A DNA stretch of 63,319 nucleotides, counting the filler, from Chiloscyllium plagiosum (Eukaryota): assembly GCF_004010195.1 (NCBI RefSeq). It is 4 parts of one record of this genome, joined end to end, with 100 filler letters (N's around TTAATTAATTAA, not from the genome) between each part and the next. Parts side by side here need not be neighbours in the genome. Positions count along the whole stretch, not along the records: positions 1 to 23,609 come from NC_057717.1; 3 more parts are not named here. One strand, 5' to 3'. A model generated the notes under the pieces. That model saw only the letters and a program-made list of their open reading frames with translations. It searched no databases and was not told the DNA's origin. The position numbers were made by a program, and so were the translations under genes. Positions 1 through 10,719 of the stretch are shown here, piece after piece; position 1 is the stretch's first letter; each line of letters starts with the position of its first letter.

Positions 1-680
1 AATGGTGATAGAGTGATTGTGAGCGTCTCAGGGTGAGAGTGACGGAGTGATTTTGTCGGTGTAAGGGTGTTGTCGACAGAGTGAGTAAGAGGGGTTCAGG
101 GTGATGGTGACCGAGTGAATGCGAGGGGTCAGGGTGGCGGTGACAGATTGAGTACGATGTTGTCAGAGTGACAGTGATGGAGTGAGCGTGAGGGGACCAG
201 GGTGATGGTGGTGGAGTAATTGTGAGAGGGTCATAATGATGGTGATGGCGTGACAGTGAGTTGTATAGGGTGATGGGGACCAAGTGATTGTGAGGAGTAC
301 AGGGTAATGGTGACAGAGTGAGTGTGAGGGGTTCTGTGTGGCATTCACGACGTGTGAGTGTGTCATGGTAACGGTGATGTAATGAGTGTGCGGAGTCCAA
401 CGTGACAGTGACAGTCTGAATGCCAGGTGTTATGGGTGAATATGATGGATGGAGTGTGAGTGATTAAGCGTGACATTGACATAGTGAGTGTGATTCGGCC
501 AGTATGGTGGTGACGTTGTAAGTGTGACGGGAACAGGGTGACAGTGAGTTGGTCAGAGTTACGTGTTCTTTTGTGAAGGAATTGTGGTGACAATGATGGT
601 GTGAGGTGTGCGTGCGAAGGATTCAGGGTGATGGTGACAGAATGAGTGTGGGAACGTCAGGTTGACGGTGACAGAACGTT
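1..680 (-). repeat. 34-bp degenerate satellite (G-rich on + strand); inverted copy of 36160-36829
   Basis: Repeated GGGTGATGGTGACAGAGTGAGTGTGAGG-type units. The reverse complement matches 36160-36829 and 38430-38870. Confidence 0.85.
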
Positions 681-699
681 TTGAATTATTAGATTAGGT

Positions 700-1875
700 G
701 ACCAAACAGGGTGATCATGGTAAAGCAGTTGATTTGGTTGAAATGGATTTCAGTAAGACGTTTGATAAGGTTCCCCACGATAGGCTATTAGACAAAACGC
801 AGAGGCATGGGATATTGCGATTTGGATCAGAGATTGGCTATCTGAAAGAAGACAGAACTTGGTGATTGATGGGAAATGTTCATACTGTATTTCAATTACT
901 CTTGGCGTACGGTAAGGACCTGCTTTGTGTCCAGTGAAGTTATTTTTTCATTTGTTATTAATGAAATGGATAAGAGCGGGACAGGGTGTGTGAGTAAGTT
1001 TGCAGATGACACGAACATCGGTAGATTTATGGATAGTGGCAAACGATGTTGCGTTAAACAGAGTACATAGATAGGTTGCAGAGCTGGGTTGGTAGATGGG
1101 AAATGAAGTTTAATGAAGAAAAATGTGAGGTGATTTAATTTGAAGGAGCCACAGGAATAAAGTATACTGGGCTGCCGGTAAGATTCTTGGCAGTGCAGAT
1201 GAAGAAAGAGATCTCGGTATCCATGTACATAGATCACTGAAAGTTGCCATCCAGTTGGATAGGGTTTATGAAATCATACGGTGCGTTAGCTTTCATTTGT
1301 AGAGAGTTGAGCTTCAGAACCATGACGTCATATTGTAGCTGTACAAAAGTCTGGCACGGCCGCACTTTCAGTATTGTGTACAGTTCTGGTTACCACATTG
1401 TACCAAGGATGTGGAACCTTTGGGGAGTTTTCAGAGGAGTTTGCTTAGGTTGCTTGGTATCGAGGGAAAGTCTTATGAGGAAAGGCTGAGGGACTCGTGG
1501 ATGCTAAATTTTTGGAGAAGAAGTTTAAGAGGTGGCATAATAGAGATGTACAAGATGAATATCATCAGCTGATCAGGTTGGGGAAATTGAGAGCCTTTTT
1601 TCTCAGATGCTAATGGTGAGCACGAGGGCACATAGCTTTAAAATGAGGTGCGATAAAAAGAGGACAGATCTTAGAGGTAGTTTCTTTATTCAGAGAGTAA
1701 TTAGGAAGGGGAATGTCGTGTCTGTAACATAAAGAGACTCGCCAATATTGAGAGCATTTAAATGGCCATTAGAAAGCTATATGGCTCTTAATGCAATAGA
1801 TCCGATGGGCTTCAGATCGATTTAACAGATCGGCGCAACATCGAGAGCCGAAGGTCTGTACTACGCTGTAATGTT
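700..1875 (+). mobile_element. CR1-type LINE, 5'-truncated decayed RT and 3' end
   Basis: MDFSKTFDKVPH and SKFADDT RT motifs, frameshifts and stops, CR1-type 3' UTR (GATCGGCGCAACATCGAG...). Confidence 0.88.
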
Positions 1876-1879
1876 CGTC

Positions 1880-2760
1880 TAACCACCCACTCGCTCCCTT
1901 CTCCTCCTCTCACTTTCTGACCTTCATTTTTTTTCTCTCTTCCACTCAAACTCTCTTCAATACTCTTTCCCTCAAAATCAATCTCTCTCTCTGAACACTG
2001 TTCCGCTGTTAAACCCTCTCTCTTTCTCTCCCACTCTCCTCCTCTGCCTCGCTTCCCCATCTCTTTCCCCATCTCTATCACCCTGTCCCTTTCTTCTTCT
2101 ATCTCCTTTCCCCCCACACGTATCACCACTCTTCTTCTACTGGTCCCTATTTCTCCCCTTCCTCTCCTTACCACGTTGTGTCTCCCCTCTCTAATGACTC
2201 TCCCTCTTTTTGTACGCCCTCCCCCTCTCTCCTCTATGTGTACCTCGTCCNNNNNNNNNNNNNNNNNNNNNNNNNNNNNNNNNNNNNNNNNNNNNNNNNN
2301 NNNNNNNNNNNNNNNNNNNNNNNNNNNNNNNNNNNNNNNNNNNNNNNNNNNNNNNNNNNNNNNNNNNNNNNNNNNNNNNNNNNNNNNNNNNNNNNNNNNN
2401 NNNNNNNNNNNNNNNNNNNNNNNNNNNNNNNNNNNNNNNNNNNNNNNNNNNNNNNNNNNNNNNNNNNNNNNNNNNNNNNNNNNNNNNNNNNNNNNNNNNN
2501 NNNNNNNNNNNNNNNNNNNNNNNNNNNNNNNNNNNNNNNNNNNNNNNNNNNNNNNNNNNNNNNNNNNNNNNNNNNNNNNNNNNNNNNNNNNNNNNNNNCC
2601 ATTTCACTCTGTCTTCCCCTCCCCCAACTACCTCATAATTTTGTCTGTTTCCCCCTCTCACTCCCGTCTCTCTCTCTCTCTCTTCACGCTTTCTCTCTCC
2701 CCTCCTCTCTCTCCTCGTCTCTATTATTCACTTCTGAACTTCACTCTGTCTCCCTTTGGA
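1880..2760. repeat. CT-rich low-complexity tract containing an N gap (2251-2599)
   Basis: Almost pure pyrimidine strand; mirrored by the GA-rich tract 33785-34930. Confidence 0.9.
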
Positions 2761-3129
2761 GAACAGACCCACGTCACTGAGTTTATTTTTCTCACATTGC
2801 GAAAAGAACATTGAACCCAGTATGAGTGTGTCATTCACCCCAGGGAGAGCAGACTGTATCTGTAAGTTGGGTTCCGAAGAAATGAGGAATCAGTCTGTGG
2901 TCTTCTCAAGTAACAAGTTTTCTTTCTTCCTCTGTATAGATTACACAGATGCACGTTGACATATTCGCAGAAACAGTTATACTTCCGCTGGTTAAAACCT
3001 TTTTACTTGATTGCCCTGCAAACAGACACAAAATATCAGTATACTTTTGTATGTCTATATACTTGCAGGTTCTTACCGACATCCAATACACAAGGTCTAT
3101 TCGTCACACATGCCCCTGTCTCCTTTGAA

Positions 3130-3248
3130 TCAGCTTCAAAAATAGCCACGTAGGAGTCTGGATAAACATAGCAAGCAAGTTGCATCAGGACGTGGAGACA
3201 TATACGTTTCAGATGCAATCCTTCTTCAGGACTGGGGAGAGTGAAGCG

Positions 3249-3300
<52 letters not shown>

Positions 3301-3490
3301 TGGAGGGAAAGGAGAGTGAGACGATTTGCTAAAGTCGTGAGAGACAGTGAACGGAAGTGTGCGAGAGACGGAAAGAGGGATAACGAGTGGAGGATAGAGC
3401 AAGGAAAGAAGAAGTTGTCCAGTTGGAACGTCAATTTCACCACCTCACAATGCTGTCTGGCCTGCCGTAGCCTTTCAGTCTCCTGCCTTT
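3130..3490. mobile_element. Penelope-type non-autonomous repeat: inverted arms with hammerhead-like core around a (GA)n / GA-rich spacer
   Basis: The minus strand at about 3200-3235 reads AGTC-CTGAAGA-AGGATTGCATCT-GAAACGTA. A decayed opposite arm lies at about 3400-3490 and a (GA)n microsatellite at about 3253-3293. Confidence 0.55.
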
Positions 3491-3754
3491 TTTATTTTGT
3501 TTCTTTTTGCTTCGAATCAACTTTAATCGCATTTACAAGTCAGTTCTTTGCAATACCATTTGCAACTTTAACGCTTGTGGTGCTGCAGCTTAATTACACC
3601 ATTTTCAATGTACGTGCGAAGTTAATAAGAGTGAGGTGGTCTGGTGTGTTAAAGACCAGTGAAATACCAAACTTTGACTTCAGCATTTGCTGAATACATC
3701 ATGTAAGCAAGGAAACCAGAAATACAGAATAAGAGCCACAAGAATCTTGCAGCA

Positions 3755-5228
3755 TCATGATACACAGGTGAAGTGCCAGACGACTGGAGATTTGCTAATG
3801 TATCTCCCTGTCCAAGAAGGGCAGCAGGGATATTTCAGGTAACTTCAGACCAGTCAGACTGACGTCAGTGGTGGGAAAGCTCCTGGAAAAGGTACTGAGT
3901 GACAAATTTATGTTTGGAAAAGAATGGACTCATTGGTGATAGACAACATGGTTTAGTGCAGGCAAGATCGTGCCTTACCAACTTAATGCAGTTCTTTGAG
4001 GAAGCAACCAAGTTGATAGATGAAGGAACGGCTGTAGATGTCATATAGATGGACTTTAGTAAGGCGTTTGATAAGGTTCCCCATAGTAATCTAACGGAGA
4101 AAGTGAAGTCACATGGTGTGCAAGTTGTTCTAGCTAAGTGGATAAAGAATTGGTTGAGCAAGAGGAGACGTAGAGTAGGTGTTGAAGGGATTTTCTCAAA
4201 ATGGAGAAAGGTGACCAGTGACGTTCCACATGGATCAATGCTGGGGCCACTGTTGTTTTTCATATACATAAATGATCTGGAAGAGAGCATTGTTGGTCTG
4301 CTCAATATGTTTGCAGATAACACAAAGATTGGTGGAATAACAGAAAGCAAAGCGGACTGTTAGAGAATACGGGAGAATATAGATAGACTTGAGAGTTGGA
4401 TGGAGAAGTAGCAGATGGAGTTCAATCTATGCAAATGTGAAGTGATGCATTTTGGCAAGTCTAGCCCTGGAGCAATCTATACTGTTAATGGATGAGGCAT
4501 GGGCAAATTTGATGAGATATGTGGGAGTTCAGATCTATTATACCCTGAAGGCGGATGCGCAGATGGATAGAGTGTTCAAGATGGCATATGGTATGCTTGC
4601 ATTCATCGGACGGGGTATTGAGTATAAGGCCCAGCAAGTCATGTTCAAATTGTTCAAACTCTAGTTCGGCCGCATTTACAATACTGTGTACAGTTCTGGT
4701 CGTCACATTACCAAAAGGATATGGACACTGTGATAAGGATGCAGAGAAGGTTCACGAGGATGTTGCCTGGCATGGGACGTGCAAGCTATGAAGAGATGTT
4801 GAGTAGGCTAGGAATATTTTCATTAGCAAAAAGCAGATTTACGGTCGAATCTGACTGAGATCTGGTAAGTCATCAAGTGTATAGACAGGGTGAATAGAGA
4901 AACGCTTTTTCCCAGGATAAGGGATTCAATAACGAGAGGCCACGCATTCAAGCTGAGAGGTGAAAAGTTCACCGGGGTTAAACGTGGCAAGTACTTTACA
5001 CAGAGGATGGTAGGTGCCTGGAACGCGTTGCCAGCAGTGGTAGAAGAGGCAGGCACAGTAGTTTCATTTAAGATGCGTCTAGGCAGATGCATGAGAAGGT
5101 GGGGAGGAGAGCGATAGAGATGCTGAGGGATTAGGCGATAGTTTGTCACAATGGATTTTGATCGGCTCAGGCTTGGAGGGCAGAAGGCTGTTCCTGGCTG
5201 TAAATTTTCTTTGTTCTTTGTTCTTTGT
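3755..5228 (+). mobile_element. CR1-type LINE ORF2 (RT) 3' portion with (TTCTTTG)n tail
   Basis: MDFSKAFDKVPH...VPHGSMLGPLLFFIYINDL...FADNTKIGG (4049-4363), C-terminal TRGHAFKL...FTQRMVGAWNALP, and a tandem 3' tail. Confidence 0.93.
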
Positions 5229-5639
5229 AATAATATAAAATAATACAATCAGCCTTCTCATCTTGGACAATTGTAATATCTGCTGTAAAGCTGCAAGTTC
5301 GGTCGCTGGATTCTCATTGACATTATACATGGACACAAAGTTCCCCGTTAATTTTTTTAGTTATCTGTGCGTCTTTAATGTTGTGCACTTCCACTCCAGC
5401 TCACTGTCACTGTTGCAAAGTCAGTTTCTCTATGGGTCATGGTTAGTGTCTTATCATCTAAACCGAGCTCTTGCACTCCTCCAAGCCACACTAATCAATT
5501 TGTCAAGTCGGTGTACATGCCTCTGTCCCATTCTCCAGCGCATTCTGTTTTTACCACGTACTCGCTCATATTTGTTACTTCTGATTCAGCACTCAGTTTT
5601 GCACAATTAAATTGTTATGCCAAGACTCACGTCTGACCT

Positions 5640-7810
5640 TAAAGTCATACAGATGTACTGCACGGAAGCAGATCATTCGGTCCAACGTGTCCATGCCGAC
5701 CAGATATCCCATTCCAATCTAGTTCCACCTGCCATATCCCTCCAAACCCTTCCTATTCGAGTATCCATCCAGATGCCTTTAACATGTTGCAATTGTACAA
5801 ACCTTCACTACTTCCTCTGGCAGCTCATTCCATGCACGTACTACCCTCTGTGTGAAAAAAATGCTCCTTTGGTCTTTTTTATATCTTTCCCCGCTCACCC
5901 TAAAATTATGCGATCTAGGTCTGGACTCCTCCGCCCTAGGGAAAATACTTTGTCTGTTTATTATATTTACGCCCCTCATGATTTCATACACCTCTTTAAG
6001 GTCACCCCTCTGACACTCCAGGGAAAATAGACTCAGCCTGTTCAGCCTCTCGATATACCTCAAATCCTCCAACAATTGCAAAACAGTCGTATATTTTTTC
6101 TGAACCCTTACAAATTTCGAATCATCTTTCCGAGAGAATGGAGACCAGAATTGTCCGCAATATTCCAACAATGGCCTAACCAATTCTTCTACAGCCGCAA
6201 CATGTCTTCCCAACTGCTGTACTCAATATCCTGACCAATAATGAAAAGCAGACCAAAAGCCTTCTTCACTGTCCTATCTACCTGCGACTCTAATTTCAAG
6301 GAGCTTTGAACATGCACTCCAACATCTCTGTGTTCAGTAACACTTCCTAGAATCTGACTATTATGTGTATAAGTCATTCTAAGATTTTTTTTTCCAAAAT
6401 GCAGCACGTCGCATTTATCTGAATTAAACTCCATATGCCACTCCTCAGCCCATTGGTCCGTCTCATCCTGGTCTCGTTGTAATCCGAGGTAACCTTCTTC
6501 GCTGTCAACTGCACTCCAATTTTGGTGTTATCTGCAAACTTGCTAACTATACCTCTAATGCTCACATCCAAATCATTTATCTGAATGAAGAAAAGGAGTG
6601 GACCCAGCACCGATCCTTATGTCACGACAGCGGTGACAGATCTCCAGTCTGTAAAGCAACCATCCAGCACCATCCTCTGTCTTCTACATTTGACCCAGTT
6701 CTGCATCGAAATGGCTAGTTGTCCTTGTATTCCATGAGACCTAACCTTGTTAACCAGCGTCCTATGAGGAACCCTGTTGAATACCTTCCTGAATTCCACA
6801 AAGAATACATCTACCGATCTGACATCATCAATCCTCTTTGTTACTTCTTCAATAAACTCAATGAAGTTTGTGATACATGATATCCCCCACACAAAGCCAT
6901 GTTGACGATCCCTAATCAGTTTTTTGCCTTTACTAATAATTCAGTCCTTCAGGGTTCCCTCCAAACAACTTTTCCACCACCGACGACAGGCTCACTGCTC
7001 GAGAGATCTCTGGCTTGTCCTTACCATCTTTCGTCAACAGTGGCAACACGTTAGCCAACCTCCAGTCTCCAGCACCGCACCTGTGACTATCGATTATGCA
7101 AATATCTCAGGAACAGACCCAGCAATCACTTCCCTAGCTTCCCACAGAGTTCTAGGGTACACATGATCAGCTCCTGAGTATTTACCCACATTTAGATTAG
7201 ATTAGATTAGATTACTTACGTGTGGAAACAGGCCCATCGGCCCAACAAGTCCACACCGACCCGCCGAAGCGTATACCACCCAGACCCATACTCCTACATT
7301 TACCCTTTCACCTAACACTACGGGCAATTTAGCATGGCCAATTCACCTAACCTGCACATCTTTGGATTGTGGGAGGAAACCGGAGCACCCTGAGGAAACC
7401 CACGCAGATACGGGGAGAATGTGCAAAATCCCCACAGTCAGTCGCCTGAGGCGGGAGTTGAACCCGATCTCTGGCACAGTGAGGCAGCAGTGCTAACCAC
7501 TGTGCCACCGTGCCGCCCACTGTGCCACCGTGCCGCCCACCTGTACCACCGTGCCGCCCAACACATGCGTTTCAACACATCCAACAGTTCCCCCTATTTA
7601 ATATGGACATTTTTCAAGATGTCACCACTTTTTCCCTGCATTCTATATCTTCCATGTCCTTTTCCACAGCAAGCAGTGATGCAAACTACTCGTTTAGTTT
7701 CTCCCCTATCTCCTGTGGCTCCACGAAATGTCAAAAGACCTATAAGACTTTACTTATCTTTCCAGGTACAGACCCAGGACTTTGGTCACGATTTTGATCA
7801 AACAGTTCAC
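5640..7810 (-). mobile_element. CR1-type LINE, decayed RT region, interrupted by a SINE
   Basis: LGPLLFFIQINDL...SKFADNTKIG (6374-6610), MEFNSDKCDVLHFG, FFTQRVVRAWNELP. Confidence 0.92.
7192..7560 (-). mobile_element. tRNA-derived V-SINE (HE1-like) inserted in CR1
   Basis: Head GGGCGGCACGGTGGCACAGTGGTTAGCACTGCTGCCTCAC, B-box GGTTCAA, V-domain GGGTTTCCTC.GGGTGCTCCGGTTTCCTCCCACA, and (AATCT)n tail. Confidence 0.92.
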
Positions 7811-8541
7811 TAAGGACAGAAATGTTACCAAAAGAAAACTATAAGATTTTTAACTCTGCCAAACTTCACTTTCACGAAACTGCATGTTAACTTCAATTGC
7901 AACGTTTCATTATTCTGATTTGATTTCATCGTGCCGCTAATCTCTATCCCTAATTTTGCAATTTTACTATTATCATCTATCTAATACGGGAGATCTGGAG
8001 AGATTTCTAATCTGTGGTAAAGTATTTTATATTATTTTAAAACAGAAGTCAAACACTTCGATTTGATTCAAGCAAAACACTGTTCTTACTCTATGATGAT
8101 CCACATTTATTAAGCTACTTGATAACTCAATCTAGGTATTTAATATATATCTGTGTAATTTTTTTCAAATCAAAATCCATGTGCTTCCTCAAAGTCGCAC
8201 ACATTTTTGTGAGTTAGAATTCTTGGTATCCAACACAACTGAGATTTTCCCATCAGTTCTCCAGTCCTTGGATGGGATGCGAGCGAATGGCATGACGTGT
8301 TGTGAGTGCTTGATCCACTCTGCTGTGGTTGTGAAAGTCTGCAAACAGATCCAGAAGTTTGCACTCTTTTCTGAATAACAACAAATCTATCCATCCGTTC
8401 CACTTCAATCAGAATTCATGAATTAGCAATGATTCATAGGATGGATTCAAAACTCTTCGACTTAATTACATTGACTGACATTTCCTCCTGTACAGAAACA
8501 AACGTACTAATACTTTGTACAGGATGATAGCACAGAGAACT

Positions 8542-8542
<1 letters not shown>

Positions 8543-8589
<47 letters not shown>
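8543..8589. repeat. (CT)n microsatellite
   Basis: Perfect dinucleotide run. Confidence 0.97.
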
Positions 8590-8592
<3 letters not shown>

Positions 8593-8802
8593 TGGTCTGT
8601 TTCATTTTGCTCTTCAGCATTCCATTTCCTCCCACATTTTCGAACCTCACGTTTTGGAAGTGGGCAGGGGACGTTCTTTGAACCATTGATCTCTTACCTT
8701 TGACGGCGCGGGACTATGTCAATATTACTCGGCCTATTCGTATTTGTGCTCAATTCTTCCAGTCTTTCAGTTATGTTCCTTGAAATGGGTTTTGTGTCAG
8801 AC

Positions 8803-9016
8803 GAAAGTGAGGACGACAGATGCAGCAGAGAATCAGAGTCAAGATTAGAGTGGTGCTGGTGGCAGCATCCGAGGAGCAGGAAAATCGAAGTTTCGGGCAA
8901 AAGCCCTTCTTCAGAAATTCTAAATGAAGGGCTTTAGCCCGAAACGACGATTTTCCTGCTCCTCGGATGCTACCTGACGTGCTATGCTTTTCATCCACCA
9001 CTCTAATCTTGACTTT
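8803..9016. mobile_element. Palindromic Penelope-type repeat with two back-to-back degenerate hammerhead ribozyme cores
   Basis: 8865-8914 is the reverse complement of 8920-8970, and the outer arms AGTCAAGATTAGAGTGGTG / CACCACTCTAATCTTGACT also pair. Minus strand: CTGAAGA-AGGGCTTTTGCCC-GAAACTTC. Plus strand: CTAAATGA-AGGGCTTTAGCCC-GAAACGAC. Confidence 0.7.
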
Positions 9017-10719
9017 GGTTTTTGTGTTGCTGGGTCACGCAGGCTACGAAATACAGCCCCTCGTCATTGCTGGAGGCAAGGGAGAATTCGGCTTTCACTT
9101 TGTCTCCCTCTTTCGTATTTCACATTCCAACTGGCTTAGTGAAGGGCAAAATGGTTCCCACTGGGCTCCAGTATAGTAGAGATAGGAAGGGTTTGTTGGG
9201 CGACTGAACATTTTTCTGTGAATTTCATTAGGGTCCTTCCTGGTTCTTGTTGGTGCATTTCAACTTCTCATGTTTAGCCTTTGATTGGCTTTTCAGCTCC
9301 GTGTTCTCCCCGTCATGACTTAAACTCTGCATTCTCATTTAATTGTCCGGTATGTCCCGTGAGGAGATTGGAACATATTTCCACCAGTTTGGGATTAGGA
9401 GCGCTGTGTTCTGCCCATTGTCTATATTAATATTTAACTACGCCTTTTTCGTCCTTTGATTTTTCTTCTGTCCTAAAAGCTCATGATCTGTACTGGCCGT
9501 AACTTCAATGGTTGGTCCACTTCGTCAGACGCACTGAAGCTGAGACCAGGTATTATTGCCCTCATTTCCCAGACCATGCACTTTACACAGGTCTTGGAGT
9601 GTCCCAGAGACGCTAGATAGGGGAGTGCGCGGATTTGGTGGGTGGGGGGGAGGGTAGTTTTTCAATTCAGCAACTTTCTCCTTTTCAGACATTTTTTGCT
9701 TTGCGTTTGACATGTTTCATAAACAGCTTTTAATTGTTCCTTTTGATTAATTTCCGGATGATGAGTTGATTTGGCGATGATTTCGTATCGCTGACTAATT
9801 GGTTGCTTTACATACAAAGACCAGCGAAATAGATTTTGAAATCTTTAATCAGATGGGTTTGCCTCAAAACGTTCCGTATAATCCAAGGACCATTGCCCAA
9901 GAAGGCTCTCTTCCTCTGACCGAATTTTGACAAAGTTCTCGAGAGATCAACCTGTTGTTCAATGTGTTCTTTTAATTTTTAAGAAAGGTATCGACAGAAA
10001 TATCAGCGGAGTCTGTCGTTCTTCCACTGTGTGTGGGAGTTAGACATTATTTCTGGATATTTAATTTGATATGGAGCCGGAGTACACAAATAGACATATG
10101 TCAGAGATCAGACTCTCTCTCTCTGCAGAACACAGATTTGCGTTAATAGACATCAAGCCGTACTGCACTCGTCAATAAGTCTTATGTCGTGCTAGTCGTG
10201 CAGTGTGGAGGTGGGGGGTGGGGGGGATGGGGTAAATTCTCTTCCGTGCTGAAAAATGGGGGCAAAGGATTCACTTCCTCTGATGAGCATAAATATATGT
10301 CAGTAATGTGGGCTCAGATTGCCGATCATGGATGGGTTACAAATCCTTTCAAATGAAATGCGTCTGAGTTTACGCGATTACGAATCAAGAGCAAGTGCTC
10401 CAAGAATGTAAGATCTCTTCAGTGTTCCAGCATTCATCTTGGTGTTCCTGCCGATTACGCCAAGTTGTTGCGTTCCTAGGACGTTAGGAATGAGCCCACG
10501 AACTTTCCAAACTTCAAATTTGCTATCTTCTTTTGTGTAGACTATATACTTGCAAATTTTGACTTCCACAGCAACAACTTGAAACATGCTCTTTATGCAC
10601 GTTTATCTTGAATTGCCCTGAAATCGTCAAAAAAGCCGGAACATTTTGTTAGTCTACTTACTTGCGAGCTGTTACACACATCAGAACCACAAGGTCTCGC
10701 AACAGTCTGTTCGTTAGGT

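Noticed and set aside
2176..2814. Long ORFs spanning N runs (also 17122-17804, 48674-49152, 57456-57852 and 60727-61421)
   Set aside because: Artefacts of gaps lacking stop codons; only the GPCR and retrotransposon parts flanking gaps are meaningful.
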